Shown here one piece after another: positions 51,290-61,572 of a stretch of 64,000 nt of DNA. Made by a program: the position numbers and the translations under genes. Position 1 is the first letter of the stretch; the number at the start of each line of letters is the position of its first letter. The notes beneath the pieces are model-generated. The model worked only from the letters and a program-made list of their open reading frames with translations. It did not search any database and was not told where the DNA came from. This DNA comes from Candidatus Scatonaster coprocaballi (GTDB lineage: Bacteria > Bacillota > Clostridia > Saccharofermentanales > Saccharofermentanaceae): contig JAGHVD010000013.1 in NCBI GenBank assembly GCA_018064475.1, forward strand, positions 9,206-73,205, given 5' to 3'.

Positions 51290-53164
51290 ATGCCTTGGGG
51301 GATGGAATATTCTTATGAGTTTCCGATATGCGCAGCAGTCTTGCTGTCTGTTCTGCTGATTCATTTCTTCAGCAAACGACAGCTTCCGCTTATCCGCAAC
51401 CGGATTTTTACCGCGGCGATTCTGCTTTCTTTCGTGGATGCGATAATGTGTTTGGCCGTGGTTGCCGTACATCGCAACATAGACCGGTTGCCGAAATTAT
51501 TCTGTGACGCTGTGTCGGCCATCTATTTGCTGACACATGTGGGGGCGGTCTTGCTCTCGACTTTCTGTGCGGTGTATGCATTGGTAAGAAGGAAGAAGAG
51601 AGAATCTTCCGGCGTAGTCCTCATCGGCGGCGGTTTCGGCATATGTTCTTTTGCCATATTGGCTACGCAGATCATGCGGCCGACATGGTTCATCTCGTCT
51701 TTTGCCATCGTTGCTGCGATGCTGATTGCTTCGCTTGTCCTGCAACGCCCGGAGAACATGATCGATCATCTGACGGGACTTCTTAACCTTGAGGCGATGA
51801 TGGCCTATACGGATGAACTGATTGCACGCAAGGTACGGTACTATGTCATCGTTGTCAAAGTTGAGAATATCCGACGGATCAACTCGATATTCGGTTATGC
51901 AGTAGGTAACTTAACCATGCGTAGTGTGGCAGATTATCTGTCCACCTTCTCACCCGATCTGAAGGAACGCTCCAGACTTCGTCGTCAGAAGACACCGAGC
52001 AGCCCGGATACAAGAAAGCGTGCTGCCGCCGCAGATGCAAGAAAACTGGAACGTACACTTCCTGCAGCTTGGGCCTTCCGTCTGATGAGCAACCAGTTCG
52101 CAGTCGTCAGTACTTCCATCTTTACTCATGAGTCACTTCTGCGGACGATTCAGACGCGCTTCGATGAGCCGTGGCACATCCGTGGACTGGAGATCACCCT
52201 GATGGATACGGTAGCCGAGATGACCGAGACGGGTTCTTTTGCCACTGGAGAAGACTTATATCGTGTGGTCGAGATCATGATGCCGTCACTGCCGAAGGGC
52301 GATATGGTGACATTGAGTGACAAAGCTTTGGCGAAGTTTAACCGTGCGATCGAGATGGAGAGTGCGCTGGAACAGGCCATATCGACACAGAGCTTGCAGG
52401 TTGAGTTCCAGCCGATCTGCGCGGCCCGAAGTGGTGAGGTGAAGTTCGTGGAAGCGCTGGCACGATTCAAACATGAGAAATGGGGAATGGTGCCGCCTTC
52501 TGAATTTATCCCGATTGCGGAGAAACGTGGACTTGTGGCACAGATCGATGAATTTGTTCTGCGCCGTTCGTGCGAATGGTTGAAGCAGACGGAGAAGATG
52601 GAACTCGGCGTACAGTCGGTACATATCAATGTTTCGGTTTCCGAGATGGCCAGCCAGTCTTTCCCGCTTAAAGTGTGTGAGATCCTAGATGAGTATGGGA
52701 TTGAGCGGACGCAGATCGTATTCGAGATCGAGGAGTCTGCGATGATGACTTCGCTGAACTTGCTTCTTCCCAATCTAGAGCAGATGGCGGCTATGGGCTT
52801 TACGTTCGTTGTGGATAATATGAGCATTGTACAGGCGAGCATCGGACATCTGACGGTGCTGCCGTTCTCACAGGTGAAGTTCAATCGTCATACGCTGGAG
52901 GCGGCCGAGACTTCGCCGAAGGATAAGATGCTGTTCGAGAACCTGATCGATCTTCTGCGGAAGATGGAAGTCCAGACCGTGGTGATTGGCGTGGAGACAG
53001 GCGAACAACTGGATATGGTCGTGGAGAGCAGTGCGGACTTCGTACAAGGTTTCTACTACGCTTCTCCGATGAGCGGTGAGGCTTGTGTCGAATTCATTAA
53101 GAATGAGAGCAGCCTGCGAGAGCGCCGTCCGACCAAGCGTGAATTCATCGTTGTGACGGAGTAA
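51290..53164 (+). CDS. membrane protein with a degenerate GGDEF-like domain and an EAL (c-di-GMP phosphodiesterase) domain
   Basis: Five or six N-terminal TM helices. EAL-domain blocks are ...LQVEFQPICAARSGEVKFVEALARFKHEKWGMVPPSEFIPIAEKRGL... and ...QTVVIGVETGEQLD.... No intact GG[DE]EF motif seen. Confidence 0.7.
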   Translation: MPWGMEYSYEFPICAAVLLSVLLIHFFSKRQLPLIRNRIFTAAILLSFVDAIMCLAVVAVHRNIDRLPKLFCDAVSAIYLLTHVGAVLLSTFCAVYALVRRKKRESSGVVLIGGGFGICSFAILATQIMRPTWFISSFAIVAAMLIASLVLQRPENMIDHLTGLLNLEAMMAYTDELIARKVRYYVIVVKVENIRRINSIFGYAVGNLTMRSVADYLSTFSPDLKERSRLRRQKTPSSPDTRKRAAAADARKLERTLPAAWAFRLMSNQFAVVSTSIFTHESLLRTIQTRFDEPWHIRGLEITLMDTVAEMTETGSFATGEDLYRVVEIMMPSLPKGDMVTLSDKALAKFNRAIEMESALEQAISTQSLQVEFQPICAARSGEVKFVEALARFKHEKWGMVPPSEFIPIAEKRGLVAQIDEFVLRRSCEWLKQTEKMELGVQSVHINVSVSEMASQSFPLKVCEILDEYGIERTQIVFEIEESAMMTSLNLLLPNLEQMAAMGFTFVVDNMSIVQASIGHLTVLPFSQVKFNRHTLEAAETSPKDKMLFENLIDLLRKMEVQTVVIGVETGEQLDMVVESSADFVQGFYYASPMSGEACVEFIKNESSLRERRPTKREFIVVTE

Positions 53165-53170
53165 AACCAA

Positions 53171-53233
53171 CACACGATATCGCATAGAGGTCGCATAGAG
53201 GTCACACAGAGGTCGCACCCACACGATATCGCG
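53171..53233. repeat. small composite repeat: an 11-bp tandem unit (cgcatagaggt, 3 copies, third degenerate) flanked by a 13-bp direct repeat cacacgatatcgc
   Basis: Read directly from the sequence. Confidence 0.7.
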
Positions 53234-53266
53234 CAGGACATATCATTATTGCGTATCATGAAGAAA

Positions 53267-53297
53267 GGGATGCCTCGAGTTGTTCTCGAGACATCCC
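53267..53297. terminator. bidirectional terminator between the EAL gene (+) and the aquaporin gene (-)
   Basis: gggatgcctcgag ttgtt ctcgagacatccc perfect 13-bp stem. T-rich on both sides. Confidence 0.55.
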
Positions 53298-53343
53298 TCA
53301 TTGTTTCTACGTAAGATTGAGTAGAAGCACTAGCCCGCAGGAA

Positions 53344-54021
53344 TTACTTCTTGGCGGATGATTCTGCCGGATCGAGGAAACGGTAGATGATTGCTGCGAG
53401 TGCTGCGCCGAAGAGCGGTGCTACGATGAACACCCATACGTTCTGGAGTGCGTCGCCACCAACTACCAGAGCCGGTCCGATGGATCTTGCCGGGTTAACA
53501 GATGTGCCGGTGAAAGCGATACCCAGGATGTGAACCAGTGTCAGGGAAAGGCCGATGACCAGACCTGCGATCTTACCGTTCTCTACCTTGGAAGTTACGC
53601 CCAAGATAGCCAGTACGAATACGAAAGTCAGGATAATCTCGATGCCGAGTGACTTCGGAACACTATCGAGGTAGAGACCATTGGTACCCAGACCGGTTTC
53701 CTTGTCAACGAAAGCGGCAAGGAGATAAGCACCACCTACAGCGCCGACAACCTGGGAGCACATGTAAAGAAGCATATCTTTCAAAGAAATCTTCTTGTTG
53801 ATGAACATGGCCAGAGACACTGCTGGGTTGATGTGGCATCCGGATACGTTACCGATGGAGTAAGCCATGGCTACGATGACAAGACCGAAGGCCAGTGCTG
53901 TCAGCGCGTAAGCACCAGGGTTGCTAACAGAACAACCTGTCACGGCAGCTGTGCCGCATCCGAAGAATACCAGTACGAATGTACCGATGATCTCAGCGAT
54001 GTATTTTTTCAATGAATCCAT
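53344..54021 (-). CDS. glpF: MIP-family aquaporin / glycerol uptake facilitator
   Basis: Two NPA boxes (HINPAVS and SVNPARS). Six TM helices. 225 aa. Confidence 0.8.
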   Translation of the reverse strand: MDSLKKYIAEIIGTFVLVFFGCGTAAVTGCSVSNPGAYALTALAFGLVIVAMAYSIGNVSGCHINPAVSLAMFINKKISLKDMLLYMCSQVVGAVGGAYLLAAFVDKETGLGTNGLYLDSVPKSLGIEIILTFVFVLAILGVTSKVENGKIAGLVIGLSLTLVHILGIAFTGTSVNPARSIGPALVVGGDALQNVWVFIVAPLFGAALAAIIYRFLDPAESSAKK

Positions 54022-54137
54022 AAGAAGTACCTCCTGTATTTTTTAGATTCTACTTATAGTATAACATTATCAGGTTACAAGTCTGCTATGCATGATATAA
54101 TCAATTTGCAAACAATTCATAACGTGGGGGAAAATAA

Positions 54138-54788
54138 ATGCTCGACTATATTACCATTAACGACCATAGCAGTATCCGAATCGAAGCGGAGAGAATCCTA
54201 TACTTCGATCCATTCCGATTCAATGCGGATTTCCAGCCACATGATGCGGATGTGATCTTTGTGACACACGATCACTTCGACCACTATTCGCCGGAAGATA
54301 TTGCAAAAATACTCAAGGATGAGACGCAATTTGTTGCGCCGACATCGACGGCGGCGCTGATTGCGGAAGCATTCCCGCAGTTTGCTTCGCAGATCATTGC
54401 GGTAAAACCTGGCGATACGCTTCAGGTTGCAGGCATCGATGTGGAGGTTGTGGCTGCCTATAATCCTACGAAAGAACAGTTCCATCCTAAACGTGAGAAC
54501 TGGGTAGGATATGTCGTTACGGCCGAAGGAAAGCGTCACTATATCTGTGGAGATATGGATGTGACCGAAGAGGGAAAGAATGTGAAGTGTGATGTGCTGC
54601 TTCTTCCTGTCGGTGGCACGTATACCATGGATGCGAAGGAAGCAATCGAACTTGTTTCCGCGATCCAACCGGCTTATGCGATTCCGACACACTACGGAGA
54701 AGTTGCAGGCGGCGAAGCATGCGGAAGTGTTTTTGCCGAAGAAATAAGTAAAGCAGGGCTGGCAACGGAAGTTGTGATGAAGCTCTGA
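54138..54788 (+). CDS. MBL-fold metallo-hydrolase
   Basis: HDHFDH metal-binding motif. About 216 aa. Confidence 0.65.
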   Translation: MLDYITINDHSSIRIEAERILYFDPFRFNADFQPHDADVIFVTHDHFDHYSPEDIAKILKDETQFVAPTSTAALIAEAFPQFASQIIAVKPGDTLQVAGIDVEVVAAYNPTKEQFHPKRENWVGYVVTAEGKRHYICGDMDVTEEGKNVKCDVLLLPVGGTYTMDAKEAIELVSAIQPAYAIPTHYGEVAGGEACGSVFAEEISKAGLATEVVMKL

Positions 54789-54849
54789 GGGGAACGCCTA
54801 ATCGGAGCGCGCCAACCCAATCAGGATCGACCTGAATCAATTAGAAGAA

Positions 54850-56247
54850 GTGAGTGAAATGAGTATCAATCAGAAAGAAACGGCTTTCCCGGATTTCGAT
54901 AATCGGAAGGTTTTCTACCGCACGCTTTGCAAGCTGACCTTGCCGATCGTGTTCCAATATTTCATGTCGTCGCTGGTCTCGGCTTCCGATGCTTTCATGC
55001 TGGGATTTCTGGACCAGACGTCGTTGTCTGCGGTGTCCCTTGCGGGCCAGGTAGGATTCGTATACTACCTGTTCGTCAACACGTTCCTGACGGGCGCGAT
55101 GGTGCTGGGCGCACAGTACTGGGGCAAGAAAGAGGGCAAGACACTCGAGGATGTACTGGGCGTCGTGATGCGCTACAATCTGATTTCCGGCTTCGTCTTT
55201 ATGATGGCCTCTTTGTTGTGTCCAGCGATGCTGATGCGTGTATTCACCAATGATCCGGCTTTGATCGATGGTGGAATCAGATACCTGCGAATCGTCGCGA
55301 TCAGCTACTTCACCATTGGCTATACCGATACCTATCTCTGCTTCATGAAGATCTGCGAGAAGACGATGTTAAGTACGGTCATCTCCTCCATCGGCGTTGT
55401 TGTAAATATCATCCTCAACGGCCTTCTGATCTTCGGAATTGGGCCGTTCCCGAAGATGGGCATCCGCGGTGCGGCCTTGGCGACCGTGCTGGCCCGTGCG
55501 CTGGAATTGGTAATGGTCTTCGTCTCCGTAAAGAAGGGGGATGTGGTGAAATTCCGTCTCAAGAAACTGATCGTGCTGAGCAAGAAGTACATCCACAAGG
55601 ATTTCTGGAAATATTCCTTCCCGGTCATGATCAATCAGTTCGGCTGGGGTGGTGGTATGACCATGTATTCGGTCATCATGGGCCACTTAGGCACGGACGC
55701 AACGGCGGCGAACTCCATCTCCTCCATCGTGCGTAGTATCATCGCAAGTGTATGCTGGGGCCTTGGAACCGGTGCAAGTATTATCATCGGAAAGATGCTG
55801 GGCGCCGGCGAACTGGAGAAAGCGAAGAAGACCGGAGGCAGATTCGTGCGTCTTTCCTTGCTGATCGGTGTGGCAAGCGGTGTGGTCGTGCTTGCTGTGA
55901 CCCCGCTTGTTCTAATGATGCCGACGGATATGAGTGCGGTGGCCCATGGCTATCTGAAGTGGATGCTCCTGATGGGCGGCTACTACATTATCGGAAACTC
56001 CCTGAATTCCACAATCATCGGCGGTATTTTTCCCGCGGGCGGCGACACGAAGTTCGGCATGATCTGCGACTGCGTAACACTGTGGTGCGTGGTCGTGCCA
56101 ATCGGACTTCTGGCTGCTTTTGTCTGGGAACTCCCGGTTGTGGCCGTGGCGGCACTCCTAACCTTGGACGAGTTCGTCAAGATCCCGGCCGTGTACATCC
56201 ACTATATGAAGTACAAGTGGGTGAAGAACATCACGCGCGACGAATGA
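54850..56247 (+). CDS. MATE-family efflux transporter
   Basis: 12-TM protein, about 460 aa, with the typical MATE two-repeat layout. The start is uncertain between GTG 54850 and ATG 54859. Confidence 0.75.
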   Translation: MSEMSINQKETAFPDFDNRKVFYRTLCKLTLPIVFQYFMSSLVSASDAFMLGFLDQTSLSAVSLAGQVGFVYYLFVNTFLTGAMVLGAQYWGKKEGKTLEDVLGVVMRYNLISGFVFMMASLLCPAMLMRVFTNDPALIDGGIRYLRIVAISYFTIGYTDTYLCFMKICEKTMLSTVISSIGVVVNIILNGLLIFGIGPFPKMGIRGAALATVLARALELVMVFVSVKKGDVVKFRLKKLIVLSKKYIHKDFWKYSFPVMINQFGWGGGMTMYSVIMGHLGTDATAANSISSIVRSIIASVCWGLGTGASIIIGKMLGAGELEKAKKTGGRFVRLSLLIGVASGVVVLAVTPLVLMMPTDMSAVAHGYLKWMLLMGGYYIIGNSLNSTIIGGIFPAGGDTKFGMICDCVTLWCVVVPIGLLAAFVWELPVVAVAALLTLDEFVKIPAVYIHYMKYKWVKNITRDE

Positions 56248-56557
56248 CGTGCAACTAATATTCTGCGCCGCCTAGATCCCCGAAGTTTCCGTATAATTTC
56301 CACGCTTCTGCCCATCCGTGGAAAAAATATGGAAAAACTCCGGCCGCGCCGTAAAAAATCGCAAAAAACTTCAAACTACGCTTATATCAAAGGTTAACAC
56401 AAAGCCTTCTAAGAAGAGCAAGAAGTTATTCCGAAAATGACCAGACTATTCGTTCATTGAAAATATTAATTTCTAGGTGACCGAAATGTCATTTTTCTTT
56501 TACAGTGCATTTGTACAATGATGGTAATAAACGATGTTTGATTCGGAGGTACATACG

Positions 56558-58951
56558 ATGAAACGATCGGCACGGACATGCCTGGCAACAGCACTTGTTG
56601 CGTCGATGGTGTTATCCGCCACGGCTTGTAAGAAGAAAGAAGACGGGAAAAAGACAAAAAAAGGCGCACAACAGCTCGTTGCGGAGAGTGACCCGTATTT
56701 CAATGTGGAGGAGCAAAAGCTGGACTTGCCGACTGACGCGGACAAGCAGGTAGCCAGTATCGACATCAGTCGGGTAAAGATCGCAAATGGGACGATCCTG
56801 ACGGAGTACCGGATCAGTTATATTATGCCGGAAGATGTGCAGAGCGAATACACAGAGGCAATGAACAGCTGGTCGGTCGATACCATGCAGAAGATTGAAG
56901 ACGAATATATGCCGGTTGGATTGGCGATGTTCAGTCTGGATGGCCAGTGCAAAGCAGATATGAGACTGCCCGGCGCGACTATGATCAATGATTCGACGAT
57001 TGATTCGAATGGGGAGTGCCTTGCTTTGGCACAGACTGGAGCGGGAACTACGTTCTATCGTTTTTCTTCAGAAGGAAATCCGGAAACGAACTGGAGCCTT
57101 CGTGGTGAGTATTATTCGATCAATCAGATCCTTGGACTTCCGAATGGGGAAGTGTTGCTTGCTGATGAGACAAAAGTGGAGAAGTTCAATGATGCCGGTG
57201 AATCGCTTGGGACATTCGATCTTGGTGTGATTGGTGGGAAAACCGTGATGGCCGGTGATACCGTATATGTTCAAACCGCCGTGAATGAGCAGACCGGGGA
57301 GGAGCATCTTTGCTACATCCAGGAGTTGGATACCACGCAACTTACATTGAAGGGAGAGAAGAAAAAGGTCAATGCGGATGCACTGGAATCGTCTTCTTTT
57401 TCCAATGGGACAAGTTATATTTCCAATCTGAATGGTATCGAAAAAGTCGATATTGAGAGCAATGTCAGAGAATCACTCTTGGCATGGAGCAGTACAGATG
57501 TCAACTATGCCAATATGACACGTGGTGCACTGGAAGTGGTTTCCAATGACGAAATCTATGTGATCAGTACGAAGTACAAGAAAGATCTGAAGACAGCGAG
57601 ATTTTCAAGTGAAGTGTCAGTGATGCATCTGACTCGGGCCCAGAGCAATCCACATGCCGGGAAACCTTATATTGAAGTCGCTTCTTTCGGTATACCGGCT
57701 TCTGATTTTGTCGACTACATTGTGGAATACAATCTGCGGGCAGACAGTATGGCTCGCGTGCGTTTGCATGATTATTCGGATGAAGTGGAGGCCGGCTCCG
57801 GCAGCAAGCAGGACTTTGTCGAGAAGTACTATTTTGAACTGCTTAGCGGCAATTCAGCGGATATTCTTTGCAATTTCTCAGAATTCAGTCAGTTCAACAC
57901 CGAGGATGTGCTGGTTGACCTGAATACCTTTATAGATGGGGACAAAGGCCTGAACCGGGATGAGTATTTTGACAATGTTTTCCGTGCTTTTGAGACGGAC
58001 GGCAAACTCTTTCAGATCCCAGTCAGTTTTGAAGTGCAGGGATTACTGGGAAACAAGGAATTGATCGGAGATCGGACGGGATGGACCTATTCGGAATTCC
58101 AAGATGTGGTCGATCAAATACCTGAAAATGTTTCGGCAATCGATGATATGTTGTACGATGAGCTTCTTGATATGCTGTTGAGCGTGAACATAGATCAGTA
58201 TATCGATTACGGGAAGAAGGAAGTACACTTTGATTCGGCGGATTTTAAACAGGCACTGGAAATTACGAAAGCATACGGTCTGGCTGTTCTGCCCGAACCG
58301 GATCCGTCAAATCAGGTAATCGTGGTTGACGGTGAAGATCTGTCGGATGACTTTTTCGGTACAAGTCTGTATCAGGAACGTTTTGAGCAGCGCATGCTGG
58401 CACTGACTGACACGACTGTCAGTGATATTGAAGATTATTCGGAACAGACTGCAATCTGTGATGGAAATGCAATCGTGATCGGCATGCCTTCTCCAGATGG
58501 GAATGGCCTTGCTGCCGCGCAGAGAATGTCCCTGGCTATTTCCGCAGCTTCACCGAACCAGGAAGCAGCCTGGGATTTTATCCGCCATATGTTCGATGAA
58601 GAAACGCAGTATCGGTATGTGCCGTCCATGGAGGGAATTGCCATGAACCGCAAGGCATTTGAGCGGATCACCAATGAGCGGGCAGAAGGTATCAATCAGG
58701 AACATCAGAATATGGAAGATCACCCGGAACAGTACTTCGGAATGGAACCTGTTCCAGCGGTTTCTGACGCATGTAAGGCAGACTACCGCTCATTGGTTGA
58801 ACGTGTTGGCACGGTACAGGCTTCCGACATGTCTGTCATGGCGGTGATCCAGGAAGAAGCAGCGGCTTATTTTGCCGGTCAGCGTACACTGGATGAGGTA
58901 TGTAAAAACATTCAGGACCGTACACGTACGATCGTGCATGAACGAGGATGA
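56558..58951 (+). CDS. large hypothetical lipoprotein with a solute-binding-protein-like C-terminal region
   Basis: Start MKRSAR behind GGAGG. Lipobox LSATAC. C-terminal AAWDFIRHMFDEETQ block. Distant paralog of 43211..45517. Confidence 0.55.
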   Translation: MKRSARTCLATALVASMVLSATACKKKEDGKKTKKGAQQLVAESDPYFNVEEQKLDLPTDADKQVASIDISRVKIANGTILTEYRISYIMPEDVQSEYTEAMNSWSVDTMQKIEDEYMPVGLAMFSLDGQCKADMRLPGATMINDSTIDSNGECLALAQTGAGTTFYRFSSEGNPETNWSLRGEYYSINQILGLPNGEVLLADETKVEKFNDAGESLGTFDLGVIGGKTVMAGDTVYVQTAVNEQTGEEHLCYIQELDTTQLTLKGEKKKVNADALESSSFSNGTSYISNLNGIEKVDIESNVRESLLAWSSTDVNYANMTRGALEVVSNDEIYVISTKYKKDLKTARFSSEVSVMHLTRAQSNPHAGKPYIEVASFGIPASDFVDYIVEYNLRADSMARVRLHDYSDEVEAGSGSKQDFVEKYYFELLSGNSADILCNFSEFSQFNTEDVLVDLNTFIDGDKGLNRDEYFDNVFRAFETDGKLFQIPVSFEVQGLLGNKELIGDRTGWTYSEFQDVVDQIPENVSAIDDMLYDELLDMLLSVNIDQYIDYGKKEVHFDSADFKQALEITKAYGLAVLPEPDPSNQVIVVDGEDLSDDFFGTSLYQERFEQRMLALTDTTVSDIEDYSEQTAICDGNAIVIGMPSPDGNGLAAAQRMSLAISAASPNQEAAWDFIRHMFDEETQYRYVPSMEGIAMNRKAFERITNERAEGINQEHQNMEDHPEQYFGMEPVPAVSDACKADYRSLVERVGTVQASDMSVMAVIQEEAAAYFAGQRTLDEVCKNIQDRTRTIVHERG

Positions 58952-59080
58952 TCTGTATCGTTATATTTGCGGTAGAAATTCTACGCCAAATCCTTTGAGT
59001 GAATTGACAGAAACCGCAAGGGGGAGTATAGTTTATCCAATAATCATAGAAAATGACGTGGAAGAGAAGAGTACTTTCTG

Positions 59081-59318
59081 AAACCCGATACAGAGAATCC
59101 GGCTGGCTGAGAGCGGAGCGGCAATTTCTGGAAGGAACATGGTCTCGGAGTCGCAGGGGCGAGTGATTATCATTAGGTCCTGCCGGGTACACCCGTTACA
59201 GTGTGAGGCTGTCGATTGATTTCCGCAGCCAGTGAGGCATAGTAATATGCGAAGTAAAGTGGTACCACGAAGTTTCGGCTCTCGTCTTTATGCAGAATAA
59301 GGACGAGGGCTTTTTTGT
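59081..59318 (+). ncRNA. T-box riboswitch leader upstream of metG (candidate AUG specifier)
   Basis: AGAGA-like motif (cagagaa) near the 5' end. Candidate specifier AUG in gaaggaacAUGg. T-box consensus-like aaAGTGGTACCACGaag at 59254..59275. The terminator stem ctcgtc...gacgag is followed by tttttt at 59311. Confidence 0.5.
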
Positions 59319-59428
59319 AGTGTATAACGATGTTACAAATATCGGGATACCACCGCTTAGATGTCCGGTAGATGAAACGGAAACGTTACGTTCTTTGAAC
59401 AAAATAAGTTCTTTTACAGGAGGGCGTT

Positions 59429-61495
59429 ATGGATAAGAAACCTTATTACATTACCACAGCCATTGCCTATACATCGGGCAAGCCGCACATCGGAAACACG
59501 TATGAAGCTGTTCTGGCGGACAGTATCGCTCGTTTTAAGAGATATCAGGGCTACGATGTATTCTTCCAGACCGGTACAGATGAACACGGTCAGAAGATCG
59601 AAGAGAAGGCGAAGCAGGCTGGTATCACACCGAAGGAATTCGTGGATGGTGTTTCCGGTGAGATCAAGAGCATCTGGGACCTGATGGGGACGAGCTACGA
59701 CAAGTTCATCCGTACCACTGATGCGGACCACGAAGCCCAGATTAAGAAGATCTTCAAGAAGATGTACGACAAGGGCGACATCTACAAGAGTGAGTACGAA
59801 GGTATGTACTGCACACCTTGTGAGTCTTTCTGGACGGAGTCTCAGCTGGTGAATGGCAAGTGCCCGGACTGTGGCCGTGACGTGAAGCCGGCGAAGGAAG
59901 AAGCGTATTTCTTCCGTATGAGCAAGTATGCTCCACGCCTGATTGAGCACATCAACAACCACCCGGAGTTCATTCAGCCGGTCAGTCGTAAGAATGAGAT
60001 GATGAACAACTTCCTGCTTCCGGGACTTCAGGATCTGTGCGTATCCCGTACTTCTTTCACATGGGGTATTCCGGTAGATTTCGACCCGAAGCACGTTGTA
60101 TATGTATGGCTGGATGCACTTTCCAACTATATCACCGGTATCGGTTACGATGCAGACGGTAATTCCACCGAGCAGTTCAAGAAATACTGGCCGGCAGATC
60201 TGCACCTGATCGGTAAGGACATCATCCGTTTCCATACTATTTACTGGCCGATCTTCCTCATGTCCCTGGATATTCCGCTGCCGAAGCAGGTGTTCGGACA
60301 TCCGTGGCTGCTGCAAGGCGGTGAGAAGATGAGTAAGAGCCGTGGTAACGTACTCTATGCCGATGATCTTGTGAGCATTTTCGGTGTGGATGCAGTGCGT
60401 TACTTCGTTCTGCACGAGATGCCTTTCGAGAATGATGGTGTCATTACTTGGGAATTGGTCGTCGAGCGCACGAATTCTGATCTGGCCAACACCCTCGGAA
60501 ACCTTGTAAATCGTACGATCTCGATGAGCAACAAGTACTTCGACGGCGTGGTGAAGTCCACGGGCGTTACCGAGGATGTGGACGCAGACTTGAAGGCAGT
60601 TGTTACTGCTACAAGAGATAAGGTGGTCGAGAAGATGGATGCCCTGCGTGTGGCAGATGCGATCTCCGAGATCTTCACGCTTTTCAAGCGTTGTAACAAG
60701 TACATCGATGAGACCACACCGTGGCTCTTGGCGAAGGACGAGGCGAAGGCTGACCGTCTTTCTGAAGTGCTCTATAACCTGACCGAGTCCATCATGATCG
60801 GTGCCAGCCTGCTGGAGAACTTTCTGCCGGATACGGCGAAGAAGATTGCTGCACAGCTGAATGCTGAACTTCGTTCTTACGACGATGCGGCGACCTTTGG
60901 TCTGTACACAAGCGGAAACAAAGTCACCGCGACACCGGAGATCCTGTTCGCAAGAATGGATTGGAAGGAGATCGAGCCTGTCACATTGCAGATTCAGGAG
61001 AAGCAGCGGGCTGAGTACGAAGAAGAGCAGAGAAGACTGGGCCTTGCTGAGGGCGAGGGCGCTGCGGCTGCTGCTTCCGGTGCGACAGATGCGCCGGCAG
61101 CAAAAGATGCTGCACAGGCTGATGCAGGCGAAGGCGACGAGAGCCGTTTCATTGATCTGGAAGCAAAAGAAGAGATCACTTACGATGATTTCGCCAAGAT
61201 GCAGTTCCAGGTTGGTGTGATCCAGAAGTGCGAGGAAGTTCCGAAGTCCAAGAAACTTCTGTGCTCCCAGGTAAAGGTCGGCAGCAAGACACTGCAGATC
61301 GTTTCTGGTATCAAGAAGGCGTACAGCCCGGAACAGATGGTAGGTAAGCACGTCATGGTGCTCGTAAACCTGAAGCCGGCTACACTGGCAGGACTGAAGT
61401 CTGAGGGCATGCTCCTTTGCGCAGAAGATGAGAACGGTGCACTGGCACTGATGACACCAGACAGCTTCATGCCGAGCGGATCTGAGATCTGCTGA
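59429..61495 (+). CDS. metG: methionine--tRNA ligase with a C-terminal tRNA-binding (EMAP/Trbp111-like) domain
   Basis: HIGN class-I motif (YTSGKPHIGNTYEAV), KMSKS motif, zinc knuckles CTPCES...CPDCG. Confidence 0.9.
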   Translation: MDKKPYYITTAIAYTSGKPHIGNTYEAVLADSIARFKRYQGYDVFFQTGTDEHGQKIEEKAKQAGITPKEFVDGVSGEIKSIWDLMGTSYDKFIRTTDADHEAQIKKIFKKMYDKGDIYKSEYEGMYCTPCESFWTESQLVNGKCPDCGRDVKPAKEEAYFFRMSKYAPRLIEHINNHPEFIQPVSRKNEMMNNFLLPGLQDLCVSRTSFTWGIPVDFDPKHVVYVWLDALSNYITGIGYDADGNSTEQFKKYWPADLHLIGKDIIRFHTIYWPIFLMSLDIPLPKQVFGHPWLLQGGEKMSKSRGNVLYADDLVSIFGVDAVRYFVLHEMPFENDGVITWELVVERTNSDLANTLGNLVNRTISMSNKYFDGVVKSTGVTEDVDADLKAVVTATRDKVVEKMDALRVADAISEIFTLFKRCNKYIDETTPWLLAKDEAKADRLSEVLYNLTESIMIGASLLENFLPDTAKKIAAQLNAELRSYDDAATFGLYTSGNKVTATPEILFARMDWKEIEPVTLQIQEKQRAEYEEEQRRLGLAEGEGAAAAASGATDAPAAKDAAQADAGEGDESRFIDLEAKEEITYDDFAKMQFQVGVIQKCEEVPKSKKLLCSQVKVGSKTLQIVSGIKKAYSPEQMVGKHVMVLVNLKPATLAGLKSEGMLLCAEDENGALALMTPDSFMPSGSEIC

Positions 61496-61572
61496 GTGCA
61501 GCTGTGATGAGCGCAGTGCTTGGATTGGGGTTTCCTGAGAACGGCGCAACGCGAACGAAATGAAACGCGGAG

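Noticed and set aside
52150-52884. 244-aa minus-strand ORF inside the EAL-domain gene
   Set aside because: Antisense shadow ORF. No independent support.
56298-56340. Hairpin ttccacg...cgtggaa downstream of the MATE gene, considered as a terminator
   Set aside because: The stem is followed by an A-run, not a U-run, on the + strand. On the minus strand it is preceded by a T-run. Neither orientation matches an intrinsic terminator.
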